A program made the position numbers and the translations under genes. DNA of 27,616 bases, taken from Nitrosopumilaceae archaeon (GTDB taxonomy: Archaea > Thermoproteota > Nitrososphaeria > Nitrososphaerales > Nitrosopumilaceae). This document shows, in pieces, positions 1 to 9,414 of this stretch. The DNA lies in the NCBI GenBank assembly GCA_052389415.1, contig JBQTHX010000029.1, positions 1 through 27,616 of the forward strand. The letters are read 5' to 3'. Numbering within the stretch: position 1 is the stretch's first letter; each line of letters starts with the position of its first letter. The notes below the pieces were generated by a model, which ran no database searches, was not told the origin of the DNA, and saw only the letters and a program-made list of their open reading frames with translations.

Positions 1-2
1 CC

Positions 3-1010
3 ATTAGAAGAGATTTAGACAAGATAATTCCAAAGATACTCTCAAATCGAACATATCTTGACAGGCTAATGTTTTGTTCAGACGGATTAAATCCAAAAGA
101 TCTGATAGAGTTTGGCCATATTGATCATTGTATAAGAAAATCTGTCAATCTTGGACTAGAACCCATAGATGCAATTACTATTGCTACAAAAAACTGCTTT
201 GACTATTACAATATGGGAAAAGATTACGGTGGAATTTCTCCTGGAAAAATTGCTGACATTCTAGTCTTTGATGATCTAGAAAAACTCAAACCAACAAAGG
301 TCTTTGTGGGAGGAAATCTTGTTGTATCCCATGGTTCTATAGTCACAAAATTAAAACATGCCAAAATTCCTGCATGGATAAAAAAAACTGTTAAAGTAAG
401 ACGACAGTTTTCAGAAAAGGATTTCATTGTTAAGAGTTCAAAACCCATAGTACATGCACTAGTAATTAGACTGCAGACAGAAATAATTACACAAAAAAGT
501 TTTGCAGAACTGGAAACAAAAGATGGTAATGTAGTGGCATCTATTGCCAAGGATGTCTGGAAAGTGGCTGCAATTGATAGAACACATGGATCAGAAAAAT
601 ATGTCGTTGGTTTCTTGCAAAACTTTGGTGCAGACATTGGTGCCTTTGGATCAACTTCGACTTTTCACGAAAATGACATGGTTATTATCGGTTCAAATGA
701 AAAAGACATGGCACTTGCCACAAACCTCCTAAATGAGATGCAGGGAGGAGTCGTAGTAGTAAAAAATGAAAAAGTTCTTGCTAAATTTGCCTTGCCGTTT
801 GCTGGATTGATATCAACTTTACCATTTGATGAGGCACTTTTAGAATACTTGCAAATAAACTCTACAATTGTTGAATCTGGTTGTAAATTCAAGAACCCAT
901 ATCTTATTCCACTTTTTCTACCATTTCTTGCCTTACCTGACATAAGGATTCTTTACACCGGAATTGTAGATATAAAAAACAGAAAGTATCTTGATGTTTT
1001 AGCTCAATAA
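3..1010 (+). CDS. ade: Adenine deaminase, 5'-truncated by the window edge
   Basis: The frame is open from position 3 (IRRDLDKIIP...). It contains MFCSDG, GHIDHCIRK, GxxADI, a C-terminal GAFGSTSTFHENDM (SxxHDxHN-like) and LPFAGLIS, all typical of the adenine deaminase C-terminal domain. Confidence 0.88.
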   Translation: MRRDLDKIIPKILSNRTYLDRLMFCSDGLNPKDLIEFGHIDHCIRKSVNLGLEPIDAITIATKNCFDYYNMGKDYGGISPGKIADILVFDDLEKLKPTKVFVGGNLVVSHGSIVTKLKHAKIPAWIKKTVKVRRQFSEKDFIVKSSKPIVHALVIRLQTEIITQKSFAELETKDGNVVASIAKDVWKVAAIDRTHGSEKYVVGFLQNFGADIGAFGSTSTFHENDMVIIGSNEKDMALATNLLNEMQGGVVVVKNEKVLAKFALPFAGLISTLPFDEALLEYLQINSTIVESGCKFKNPYLIPLFLPFLALPDIRILYTGIVDIKNRKYLDVLAQ

Positions 1011-1055
1011 GGTATTAAAAGGGGAATTAAACTATCACAAAAAGAGAGATTAATT

Positions 1056-2681
1056 TTGGCTTCAATTCAACAAACTCCACAAGGTCCGGTTTTAGTATTA
1101 AAAGAAAGTGCACTTCAGCAAAAAGGTAGAGACGCACAGAAAAACAATATAGCGGCTGCAAAGCTAGTCGCAGAACTAGTACGAACAAGTCTTGGTCCTA
1201 GGGGAATGGACAAGATGCTTGTAGACTCGCTTGGAGATGTAACTATAACAAACGACGGTGCCACAATTCTAAAGGAAATTGACGTTCAACACCCTGCTGC
1301 AAAAATGATGGTAGAAATTGCAAAGACTGTGGACAATGAAGTCGGTGATGGCACTACTTCATCTGTAGTCTTTGGTGGTTCATTATTGGCAAAGGCAGAA
1401 GAACTTTTGGAAAAAAACGTACATGCAACTGTAATAATAGAAGGATACCAAGCAGCAGCAGATAAGGCTCTCTCACTTCTTGCTGAGCTATCTAAAAAGG
1501 TAGATCCACAAGAAAAGGAGATTCTACTTAAAATAGCAAGAACAAGTATGGAATCTAAACTTGTTTCTGAAGACAGTGTGATGCTCTCCAAGATTGTTGT
1601 TGATTCAATCCTGCAGGTAGTAGAAAAACAAGAGGAAAGTTACAAGGTAGATTTGGATAATATTAAGGTGGAAAAGAAGGCTGGCGGTTCTATACGAAAT
1701 ACCTCGCTCATAAAAGGAATTGTTTTAGACAAAGAAGTAGTTCACAGCGGAATGCCAACCAGTATAGAAAAAGCAAAGATTGCACTTGTAAATGCGCCAC
1801 TTGAAATTGAAAAAACAGAGATGAGTGCAGAAATTAGAATAACTGACCCAACTCAAATGCAGATGTTTCTTGAGGAAGAAAATAGAATGCTAAAGGCAAT
1901 GGTTGATAAAATAATTGAGGTAGGAGCAAATGTTTTGATCTGTCAAAAAGGAATCGACGACATTGCACAACATTATCTTTCAAAGGCAGGAATACTTGCA
2001 GTCAGACGAGTAAAAGAAAGCGATTTGACAAAGCTTGCCAAGGCAACCGGTGGAAGAATTAGTACAAACATCGATGATCTAACATCTAAAGACCTTGGTT
2101 CTGCAGAACATGTAGAGCAAAAAAAAGTTGAGGCTGACAAGTGGGTCTTCATAGAGGGCTGCAGAAATCCACATGCAGTAACTCTGCTTCTAAGAGGTGG
2201 CTCACAACGAGTAGTAGACGAAGTTGATAGATCAATGCATGACTCTTTGATGGTAGTAAAAGATGTAATTGAAAAACCAGCAATTGTTGCAGGTGGTGGC
2301 GCTCCAGAAGCATACTTGTCTTCTGGTCTTAAAGACTGGGCAGATCGCTTTGAAGGACGAGAACAACTTGCAATCAAAAAATATGCGGAAGCCCTAGAAA
2401 TCATTCCACTAACGATTGCAGAGAATGCTGGAATGGATCCAATTGATACCATGATTACCCTAAGAGCAAAACAAGCACAAGGCAAAAAATGGACTGGAAT
2501 AGATGCAAGAAACACGCGCATAGCAGACATGTACTCTCTTGATATAGTAGAGCCTGCTGCTGTCAAAGAGCAGATAATAAAATCGGCCACAGAAGCTGCC
2601 TGTATGATCCTAAGAATCGATGATGTAATTGCCTCATCCGGTAAAGGCGGAGGCGGACCACCGCGTCCACCAATGGGCTAA
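1056..2681 (+). CDS. Thermosome subunit (group II chaperonin), TTG start
   Basis: Motifs [31 protein letters not shown] and LRIDDVI; 541 aa. Alpha versus beta subunit cannot be decided by eye. Confidence 0.98.
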   Translation: MASIQQTPQGPVLVLKESALQQKGRDAQKNNIAAAKLVAELVRTSLGPRGMDKMLVDSLGDVTITNDGATILKEIDVQHPAAKMMVEIAKTVDNEVGDGTTSSVVFGGSLLAKAEELLEKNVHATVIIEGYQAAADKALSLLAELSKKVDPQEKEILLKIARTSMESKLVSEDSVMLSKIVVDSILQVVEKQEESYKVDLDNIKVEKKAGGSIRNTSLIKGIVLDKEVVHSGMPTSIEKAKIALVNAPLEIEKTEMSAEIRITDPTQMQMFLEEENRMLKAMVDKIIEVGANVLICQKGIDDIAQHYLSKAGILAVRRVKESDLTKLAKATGGRISTNIDDLTSKDLGSAEHVEQKKVEADKWVFIEGCRNPHAVTLLLRGGSQRVVDEVDRSMHDSLMVVKDVIEKPAIVAGGGAPEAYLSSGLKDWADRFEGREQLAIKKYAEALEIIPLTIAENAGMDPIDTMITLRAKQAQGKKWTGIDARNTRIADMYSLDIVEPAAVKEQIIKSATEAACMILRIDDVIASSGKGGGGPPRPPMG

Positions 2682-2690
2682 AAATTTCTC

Positions 2691-3701
2691 ATGTTAGAGA
2701 AGCTGCAGAATCTTAACATTGTAGGTTCTGTGGTTGTTTTAAGCGATTTTTTTTTAGACAGAATAATAAAGATCCAAAACATTGCTGCACTGTACGATTT
2801 AATCTCAAAAAAGAGTCAGCAGGGTGGAAGTATAAGAGGAATCCCACAAACAGATCTAAAGGGTGGAAATGCAACAAATGTAGCATACGCATTGGCAAAA
2901 CTTGGAGCCCCAGTTTCGTTAATTACTGTAGCAAACAAAACAAATTCTCATCTTTTACAAGAAACATTTTCTGAATTTTCAAATAGCTCCTTGTTTTTAA
3001 TAGATGGAAAACCTGGCATAACTACGTCACTAGAGTTTAGCAATAATGGAAGACCTGTAAACATAATGCTTTCTGACCTTGGTGATAACGAAAATTTTGG
3101 ACCTGAAAAATTGGGTCAAAAGGAAATAGACGTAATTAAAAAAGCTGATGCAGTCATAGTTACAAATTGGGCAAGCAACGAAAAAGGTACAGAACTCTGC
3201 AAGTTTGTTTTTGGCAATTCAGAAAAATCACTCCATGTCCTAGATCCTGCCGACATCCAACCAAGACCTGGGGAATTCAAAGAAGCGTTATATGAATTGG
3301 CTTCAAGCTTAGACTCTTTATGTCTAAATGAGAACGAATGCAATATCTTGCTAAAACAATTTGATCTTGGAAACATTTCAAATGAGGAAGAGACTAAGAA
3401 GCTTGTTTCTAATCTCTCAGAAAAAATTTCTATAACTATCGATTTGCACACCTCAAATGGAGCATTTTGGTCAAATGGAAAGGAAACAGAATTTGTAAAA
3501 TCTATCCCGACAGAGGTGAGATTTGTTACTGGCGCAGGCGATGTATGGGATGCTGCAAATATCTTAGGATATCTGGCAGGTCTTGAGGTAAAAGAAAGAT
3601 TGCTCTTTTCAAATGCTGCTGCATCACTTTATGTAAACAGTTCTAATGGAGATCCTCCAACATTGCAAGAAACCCTATCATTCGTTACAAAATTTTATTA
3701 A
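2691..3701 (+). CDS. PfkB-family carbohydrate/nucleoside kinase
   Basis: PfkB signature 1 (GGNATNVAYALAKLG), signature 2 (TGAGDVW) and an NENE motif. Substrate unknown. Confidence 0.88.
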   Translation: MLEKLQNLNIVGSVVVLSDFFLDRIIKIQNIAALYDLISKKSQQGGSIRGIPQTDLKGGNATNVAYALAKLGAPVSLITVANKTNSHLLQETFSEFSNSSLFLIDGKPGITTSLEFSNNGRPVNIMLSDLGDNENFGPEKLGQKEIDVIKKADAVIVTNWASNEKGTELCKFVFGNSEKSLHVLDPADIQPRPGEFKEALYELASSLDSLCLNENECNILLKQFDLGNISNEEETKKLVSNLSEKISITIDLHTSNGAFWSNGKETEFVKSIPTEVRFVTGAGDVWDAANILGYLAGLEVKERLLFSNAAASLYVNSSNGDPPTLQETLSFVTKFY

Positions 3702-3733
3702 TTTTTCTCGAACAAAAAGGGGGTTAACCATTT

Positions 3734-5257
3734 TTATTGCGGTTCTATAGTAGCAGGAGGCTTACTTGAAATTACATAGCTAACCCATGCAGCACCATCG
3801 ATTTCATTTGTGATTCTATTGCTTACTCTCTCTAAAACTTCTGCAGGGAGTCTAGTCCAATCCGCAGTCATTGCATCTATAGAATTTACTACACGAACAA
3901 CAACGATATGGCCATATTTTCTTTCATCTCCAACCACTCCCACTGCTTTGTCATCTCCTACTGCTGCATAAGCTTGCCAGACTTTGTCATACCATCCAGA
4001 TGATACAAGCTCGTCTTCAACAATCTTACTTGCAAGCTTGCAGATGTTCAATTTCTCTGGCGTCACCTCACCAATTATTCTAACTGCAAGACCAGGTCCT
4101 GGAAATGGGTGTCTGTTTGATAGTTTATCTGGTACTCCAAGTGCCTTTGCAACTTTTCTCACTTCATCTTTGTAAAGGAAACGTAGTGGTTCCAAAACTT
4201 GCATATCGAGCCAGGAAGGTAGACCTCCAACATTATGATGAGTCTTTATGACTGCAGCGGGTCCCTTTGATACGCCGCTCTCAATGACATCTGGATAAAG
4301 TGTCCCCTGAGCAAGCCATTTGAAAGGGCCATTCTTTTCGGCAAACTCGGTAAATATCTGAATGAATTGCTCGCCTACTATCATCCTTTTTTGTTCTGGA
4401 TCTTTAATGCCCTTTAACTTTGAAAGAAATTTCTCTTTTGCATCTATACGTGTAAAATTAACAGCGAAATTGTTCTTGAACATCTCCTCTACTTCATTTT
4501 CCTCGTTTAATCGCAAGAGACCATTGTCTACAAAGACACACTTTAACCTCTTTCCTATCGCTTTTTGAATCAGGAGAGCAGCTACTGTAGAATCTATTCC
4601 ACCACTAATCCCGCACAATACATTACCGTCAATTTTGGAAATATCTTTCACTGTATTTTCTATGAAATTTTCTATGGTCCAATCTTGTTTTGCATTACAA
4701 ATATTTATCACAAAATTTTTCAAAATCTCGGTGCCTCTTTCAGTATGTACTACTTCTGGATGAAACTGTATGCCATAGATTAATCTCTGTCGGTTTGCTA
4801 TTGCTGCAGCGTAAGAATTTTCTGTATGTCCAATTATCTCAAAACCACTTGGAATTTTTTCTGCCGCATCACCATGACTCATCCACGCCCTAATCGATTT
4901 TCCCATACCAGAAAACAGATCGGAATCACTGTCTACCATAAGAGATGAAGACCCATATTCTTTATTTGCGCGCTTTACCTTGCCGCCAAAATTATCTACT
5001 ATTAGTTGATGGCCATAACAGATTCCAAGTACGGGCAATCCTAGCTCAAAAATCCCATCTTGTGGTCTAGGAGAACCGTTATTGTAAACACTAGCAGGGC
5101 CTCCAGCAAAGATGACTCCTTTGGGATTGATTTTTTTTAATTCCTCAAGCGAAATATCAAATGGAACTAGTTCGGCATATACTGAAAACTCACGAATTCT
5201 TCTACAAATCAAATGGCTATACTGTGAACCAAAATCTAGTACAACTATCTTATCCAT
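3734..5257 (-). CDS. guaA: GMP synthase (glutamine-hydrolysing), fused GATase + ATP-PPase
   Basis: VLDFGSQY, GICYG, QFHPE triad, SGGIDS PP-loop, QGTLYPDVIES, HPFPGPGL and KPPATIE. Start placed at ATG 5257 (MDKIVVLD) instead of the track's 5281, which overlaps the upstream gene. Confidence 0.97.
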   Translation of the reverse strand: MDKIVVLDFGSQYSHLICRRIREFSVYAELVPFDISLEELKKINPKGVIFAGGPASVYNNGSPRPQDGIFELGLPVLGICYGHQLIVDNFGGKVKRANKEYGSSSLMVDSDSDLFSGMGKSIRAWMSHGDAAEKIPSGFEIIGHTENSYAAAIANRQRLIYGIQFHPEVVHTERGTEILKNFVINICNAKQDWTIENFIENTVKDISKIDGNVLCGISGGIDSTVAALLIQKAIGKRLKCVFVDNGLLRLNEENEVEEMFKNNFAVNFTRIDAKEKFLSKLKGIKDPEQKRMIVGEQFIQIFTEFAEKNGPFKWLAQGTLYPDVIESGVSKGPAAVIKTHHNVGGLPSWLDMQVLEPLRFLYKDEVRKVAKALGVPDKLSNRHPFPGPGLAVRIIGEVTPEKLNICKLASKIVEDELVSSGWYDKVWQAYAAVGDDKAVGVVGDERKYGHIVVVRVVNSIDAMTADWTRLPAEVLERVSNRITNEIDGAAWVSYVISSKPPATIEPQ

Positions 5258-5261
5258 AACT

Positions 5262-5822
5262 TCACTTTTTAGAATTCTCAATCATGCGGGAAAATGACCA
5301 TGCTGCTGTATTTACTATCTCATTGACTCTTTCCCGTTCACGATAATTCTTTATCAAGATCTCCCTTATCGTGGTACCATCCTTGTTTATTATGCAATTT
5401 ATCACTGAATCTGGATCAATCTTTCCATTCTGGACGTCTAAATTATCTTTGCTCTCCATCCCAGCAATTATCCTTCCCAAGAAAAACGATTTGAATGGTT
5501 GTGTTTCTACATCTAGCTTGACATCATCTGATGGAATTATTACAACTTCTTTTGCGGATACACGAGCATTTGCAATAACTGTATTATTTCCAGTTTTTAT
5601 TGGTATTACAGAGCTCTCCATTTCCGATGCAATGGATTGCACTTTTTCTTGGGTGTGTCTCAATGATGATGCTTTGCTAAAACTTGATTGCTTCAAGACT
5701 GAATCTAAAATGGCAAGATTATTCTCGAGTTTCTCAATTTCATTCCTACGCTTTTCAACTTCATCTGAAAGCCACTCTTTTAATTCTAAAATTTCACGAA
5801 TCTGATCCTCAGAATAATCCAT
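5262..5822 (-). CDS. Conserved hypothetical protein with N-terminal coiled coil
   Basis: 186-aa ORF with ATG start, ending 4 bp before guaA on the same strand; heptad-rich N-terminus; TATA-like box about 30 bp upstream. Confidence 0.8.
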   Translation of the reverse strand: MDYSEDQIREILELKEWLSDEVEKRRNEIEKLENNLAILDSVLKQSSFSKASSLRHTQEKVQSIASEMESSVIPIKTGNNTVIANARVSAKEVVIIPSDDVKLDVETQPFKSFFLGRIIAGMESKDNLDVQNGKIDPDSVINCIINKDGTTIREILIKNYRERERVNEIVNTAAWSFSRMIENSKK

Positions 5823-5847
5823 GTATTTTTTAAAGATGCATGGATAA

Positions 5848-5861
5848 TAAATATTAAAACA
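5848..5861. repeat. Left attachment site, TAAATATTAAAACA
   Basis: Identical to 15626-15639. The match extends to 24 bp with 3 mismatches (5844-5867 vs 15622-15645). Confidence 0.82.
5852..5859 (-). promoter_or_regulatory. TATA-like box (TTTTAATA on the minus strand) for the hypothetical-guaA unit, inside the att core
   Basis: Resembles the archaeal TATA consensus and lies 30-37 bp upstream of ATG 5822. Confidence 0.55.
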
Positions 5862-5910
5862 AGTTTAAAGTTGGTATAAGCAGGTTTTTTTGGAATAATT
5901 TGTAGATCTA

Positions 5911-5934
5911 ATATATACCAGATATGGTAGATAT
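5911..5934. promoter_or_regulatory. Inverted repeat, candidate operator of the adjacent RHH gene
   Basis: ATATATACCA-gata-TGGTAGATAT: 10-bp arms with one mismatch, ending 8 bp before the TTG at 5943. Confidence 0.5.
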
Positions 5935-5942
5935 GTATAGTC

Positions 5943-6098
5943 TTGAAGGACAAAACTACGATTCTCATCAAAAAGGACACCCATACAGATCTACTGAAGA
6001 TAATGGGTCAAATACAAGCTAGGACTGGGAAGATTCCTACTCTTGATGATGCCTTGAAGGAATTATTAGAGAATTACAAAAAGAAAACTAAGAACTGA
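5943..6098 (+). CDS. Small ribbon-helix-helix-type DNA-binding protein (51 aa; not in the ORF track)
   Basis: Manual translation from TTG: MKDKTTILIKKDTHTDLLKIMGQIQARTGKIPTLDDALKELLENYKKKTKN. A TTIxI strand is followed by two amphipathic helices with a TLDDALKELL motif. Confidence 0.75.
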   Translation: MKDKTTILIKKDTHTDLLKIMGQIQARTGKIPTLDDALKELLENYKKKTKN

Positions 6099-6224
6099 AT
6101 TAGTTTATTACGAGTAAACAATTACAAAAAATTTCATAAAATTAATGTAATCTGTGAAAATAACTTACTTTCAATTATTTAGTTACCAGAATTATTTTAT
6201 GGTACAAAAAATCTAGTACGTTAA

Positions 6225-8708
6225 ATGAAATCAAAAACATATCTTGTATTTATAATCTTGACACTTTGTATGGCAACCTTCTATCCTGGTTTTAATAGTG
6301 CAAATGCTCAATCAACTGTCTACAATGAATCATCTGCAGATCAGGAAATAATTTTAGAGAAAACACTACAAATTAACATACTTCTTGTTGGAGATACCTG
6401 GTCATCCACAGAGATAGCAGATGTGAAAAATAACCTTCGTTCCAGTTTTAAACCCATTGTAGAATCTTCCGGTGAACCTGCAGGTATAAAATACAATTAT
6501 GAATACAATTTCCTTTCTGCATCTGAAAAAGATAGCACTGATCTGTTTTCGTTTATGAAAGATGGAAAATATGCGACTCCTATTTTTGGAGAAAACCTAC
6601 TCAATTTTCCAATCTGGCAGGAATGGTGGCAAAAAGTAGAACATCCTGAACTAGAGGATATAACCTATGGATTAATTGATGCCGAAAAAGTAGAGGAGTA
6701 TATTTACAAAAACCTCATTGCTGATGATCCTAATCTAAACAAGCCCAATTCCGCAAATCTAATTTTCATTAAGGACAGTCTTGACAAGGTAGATTTCCTT
6801 CATAATTATTATGTAAAAAACACCGACAAATCTACTAAAACAGATCATGGTGCGGTTGGATTTATGGGGTATGGTGGAAATTATAATGTCTATTTTTTTG
6901 ATCTTTATGCTGTGCCATGGGTGGAATTGGATTTTGAAAACTCGCAGTGGTATGTTCCATCCCATATGCAAAATTTAAACGACTGTACAGAAAATTCTTG
7001 TCTTGGAGATCTTGTAAGTTCTCATGTTAACAGTGCATTATTACATGTAATCACTCCGTCTTTTCTTTATCCTGTTGACTACGCAGATCATTACGTTATT
7101 GACCTAGTATTTTACTCTCAGCCAAGCATGGAAGTTGGATTGACCCCTCAAACAGCAGTAACATTTTTAGACGAAAATGCGATTAAATCAGAATTAGAAT
7201 ATCTTTATCCTTTTTCTCAATGGGATATACAGTTATCCTTTGAAAAAAGACAGACAAGTGGAATATCTTATGATTTTAAACAAGAATTAGAACGTGCACA
7301 AATTCCAGTTGATTATGAATATGGAGATTACAAATACTCTGTAAATCTACTAAACTCTACAAATATCCAACCACATCTGTTATCTTGGGCATCTGAAAGA
7401 CACCCAACGAATAATGAGGAACGAATCGGTATCACTGATTCATCACGAACAATACCAGTTGTAATTTCGGTTAACACTTCTCCAGTTTATTTGGATCAAA
7501 TTGGCATCATGGGATTTGCTCCTGCATTACTTGATAATCCTAGCAAAGCATGTTGCGCTTTCGCAGTAACTGATGATGAGGACATATGGGAGAACAAGAT
7601 TGGTTTGTCAGATCTGGTTTTACATGAGGTAGGTCATACTTTAGGGCTCGCTCATCCATTCGATGGCTGGGATGGAAAAAAATCTGCATATGATAGGAAC
7701 ACTTACTGGAATTGGTACGCTAGCCCAATGACATATTCCATGCCACCATCAGGATGTGGAATACTCTACCAACTTATCTATGGAGATATTTGTGGAATTG
7801 GATCTCACTCTTTTACCGAATTTGAAAGAGAGTATGTATCAAACGGAGTATTGGTTTCATTGACCAAAAAAATTGAAGCAGATTTGGTTACATTTAGGAA
7901 TAGTAACCCTTCAGATTACAAATCTGGAGAAGTAAACAGCATAGAAGCAAATCTAGAAAAAGCAAAGGAGCAATTTAGGTACGGAAACACTCTATCAGAT
8001 AATGGTGCTATTGCATATTCATTAAAAGCTGCGGCTGGAATTGATTCCCTTCTAGGAGGTACGCCCTCACAAACGTTTACAAAGCTTGAATCAGAGTCAT
8101 CATCACCATTTGGCACACTTGGCGTTAGTCCAAATGAAATTCTTTTCAAGACACACTCGTCAACTGAGGTTTCAGTATCAGGTAAGGTTAATGGTTATAT
8201 GAAAGGGCAAAGTGTGGAAATTAAATTAACCAAGCCTGATGGAACAATCCAGGAATTAAAGACAATTGCAGGTTCTGACGGTAGTTATAAAATGACGATT
8301 CTAGCAGACAAGAGTTTTGTAGTGGGTAAATACAAAATTCTTGCAAAATATCTTGATCAGACCAGTACGCCTGTTTCATTTGTAGTAGTAAGTGAAAAAT
8401 CCACATCCCAGCAGACAATGCAAGATGACGTAGAAAAAGAAACAATTCCAAGCTGGGTAAAGAAAAATGCATTATGGTGGTCGGAAGGCGCTGTTGGAGA
8501 TTCAGATTTCGTACAAGGGATTCAATTTCTTATCAAACAGAAAATAATCAACATCCCAGAAACTAAATCTAGTACAGGATCTTTAGATCAAAAAATTCCT
8601 TCATGGATTAAAAAAAATGCTGGCTGGTGGGCAAGTGGACAAATTTCTGAAGATGATTTTATCAAAGGTATTCAATACCTTATAGAACATGGGGCAATCA
8701 AAATTTAA
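6225..8708 (+). CDS. Secreted metzincin-type zinc metalloprotease with Ig-like domain and duplicated C-terminal IPxWxKxNAxWW repeat
   Basis: Signal peptide (MKSKTYLVFIILTLC...ANA); HEVGHTLGLAH = HExxHxxGxxH at 7623-7655; candidate Met-turn SPMTY; beta-rich Ig-like segment (VSVSGKV...KPDG...GKYKILAKY); two C-terminal repeats. Confidence 0.8.
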   Translation: MKSKTYLVFIILTLCMATFYPGFNSANAQSTVYNESSADQEIILEKTLQINILLVGDTWSSTEIADVKNNLRSSFKPIVESSGEPAGIKYNYEYNFLSASEKDSTDLFSFMKDGKYATPIFGENLLNFPIWQEWWQKVEHPELEDITYGLIDAEKVEEYIYKNLIADDPNLNKPNSANLIFIKDSLDKVDFLHNYYVKNTDKSTKTDHGAVGFMGYGGNYNVYFFDLYAVPWVELDFENSQWYVPSHMQNLNDCTENSCLGDLVSSHVNSALLHVITPSFLYPVDYADHYVIDLVFYSQPSMEVGLTPQTAVTFLDENAIKSELEYLYPFSQWDIQLSFEKRQTSGISYDFKQELERAQIPVDYEYGDYKYSVNLLNSTNIQPHLLSWASERHPTNNEERIGITDSSRTIPVVISVNTSPVYLDQIGIMGFAPALLDNPSKACCAFAVTDDEDIWENKIGLSDLVLHEVGHTLGLAHPFDGWDGKKSAYDRNTYWNWYASPMTYSMPPSGCGILYQLIYGDICGIGSHSFTEFEREYVSNGVLVSLTKKIEADLVTFRNSNPSDYKSGEVNSIEANLEKAKEQFRYGNTLSDNGAIAYSLKAAAGIDSLLGGTPSQTFTKLESESSSPFGTLGVSPNEILFKTHSSTEVSVSGKVNGYMKGQSVEIKLTKPDGTIQELKTIAGSDGSYKMTILADKSFVVGKYKILAKYLDQTSTPVSFVVVSEKSTSQQTMQDDVEKETIPSWVKKNALWWSEGAVGDSDFVQGIQFLIKQKIINIPETKSSTGSLDQKIPSWIKKNAGWWASGQISEDDFIKGIQYLIEHGAIKI
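8445..8705 (+). repeat. Two intragenic 37-aa repeats with starts 150 bp apart
   Basis: IPSWVKKNALWWSEGAVGDSDFVQGIQFLIKQKIINI (from 8445) and IPSWIKKNAGWWASGQISEDDFIKGIQYLIEHGAIKI (from 8595); a C-terminal module common on thaumarchaeal exported proteins. Confidence 0.85.
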
Positions 8709-8826
8709 TCATAATTCAATCATCATCTACGTTGAAATATATTTTCTAATCAACTCATTTTTAGAAAGATAAGTGTACAATCTAGGAAAATCATTTTCTG
8801 TGATCTGCGATACAACATAATGTCCT

Positions 8827-9414
8827 CTAAACTCCTTTCCTGTAGGCATTGATTATTGATTTGATTTTTTCATGTGATTTGTTTGGCAAACTTACAAGGT
8901 CTGCAAAGGTCATGAATCGCTCTTGATGTCCATGTTTTTTAAGATAATCGTTTACCATGTTCGTATAATTGGTGTGAACCCTATGAATTGATTCTGTGAG
9001 TCGCATGTCTGTGTTTATCATCTTACTTTCGAGATCGAATATTAATCTCTCAATTGTGATTTTTTCAGATATATCCTGAGTCCTATCTAACATATCTCGG
9101 AGTCTAGTTCTTTGTGTTTCCATTCTTTCTAATTTGAAAATGACTGCATGTTCTGGGTTAAAAAGATTGTAATGTTTTGTTACTCTTGAATACCAATAAT
9201 CTAAATCACCATCTATTGTATGTCTGTTTACTTTCATAAGTTCAGCTATTTTTCTCGCAGAATACCCATAATCAAAATGTAAGCGATATACTTCATTCAA
9301 TCTTTTTTCCTTTTCGATCTTCGTGTATGGCCCGCTTTTTTTTGGAAGTTTTGGTCTAGTTTGGTCTAGATTCTCTTTGATAAACTCATTACTTACACTT
9401 GAAATTTCAGATAT
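8827..9414 (-). CDS. HTH DNA-binding protein with coiled coil; start uncertain (TTG 9300 or non-canonical ATA 9414)
   Basis: HTH GYSARKIAELMKVNRHTIDGDLDYW. The frame stays open upstream of 9300 to a stop at 9418-9420, adding ISEISSVSNEFIKENLDQTRPKLPKKSGPYTKIEKEKR. Confidence 0.7.
   Translation of the reverse strand: MSEISSVSNEFIKENLDQTRPKLPKKSGPYTKIEKEKRLNEVYRLHFDYGYSARKIAELMKVNRHTIDGDLDYWYSRVTKHYNLFNPEHAVIFKLERMETQRTRLRDMLDRTQDISEKITIERLIFDLESKMINTDMRLTESIHRVHTNYTNMVNDYLKKHGHQERFMTFADLVSLPNKSHEKIKSIINAYRKGV
9350..9369. repeat. Perfect 10-bp tandem duplication (TTTGGTCTAG)x2
   Basis: Read directly at 9350-9359 and 9360-9369. Confidence 0.7.

Noticed and set aside
5786-5980. 64-aa minus-strand ORF from the track
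   Set aside because: It spans the att junction and promoter, overlaps two better-supported genes, and has no protein-like features.
6099-6224. Short inverted repeats upstream of the protease (GTTTA/TAAAC, ATTACA/TGTAAT)
   Set aside because: Arms of 5-6 bp in very AT-rich DNA are expected by chance.
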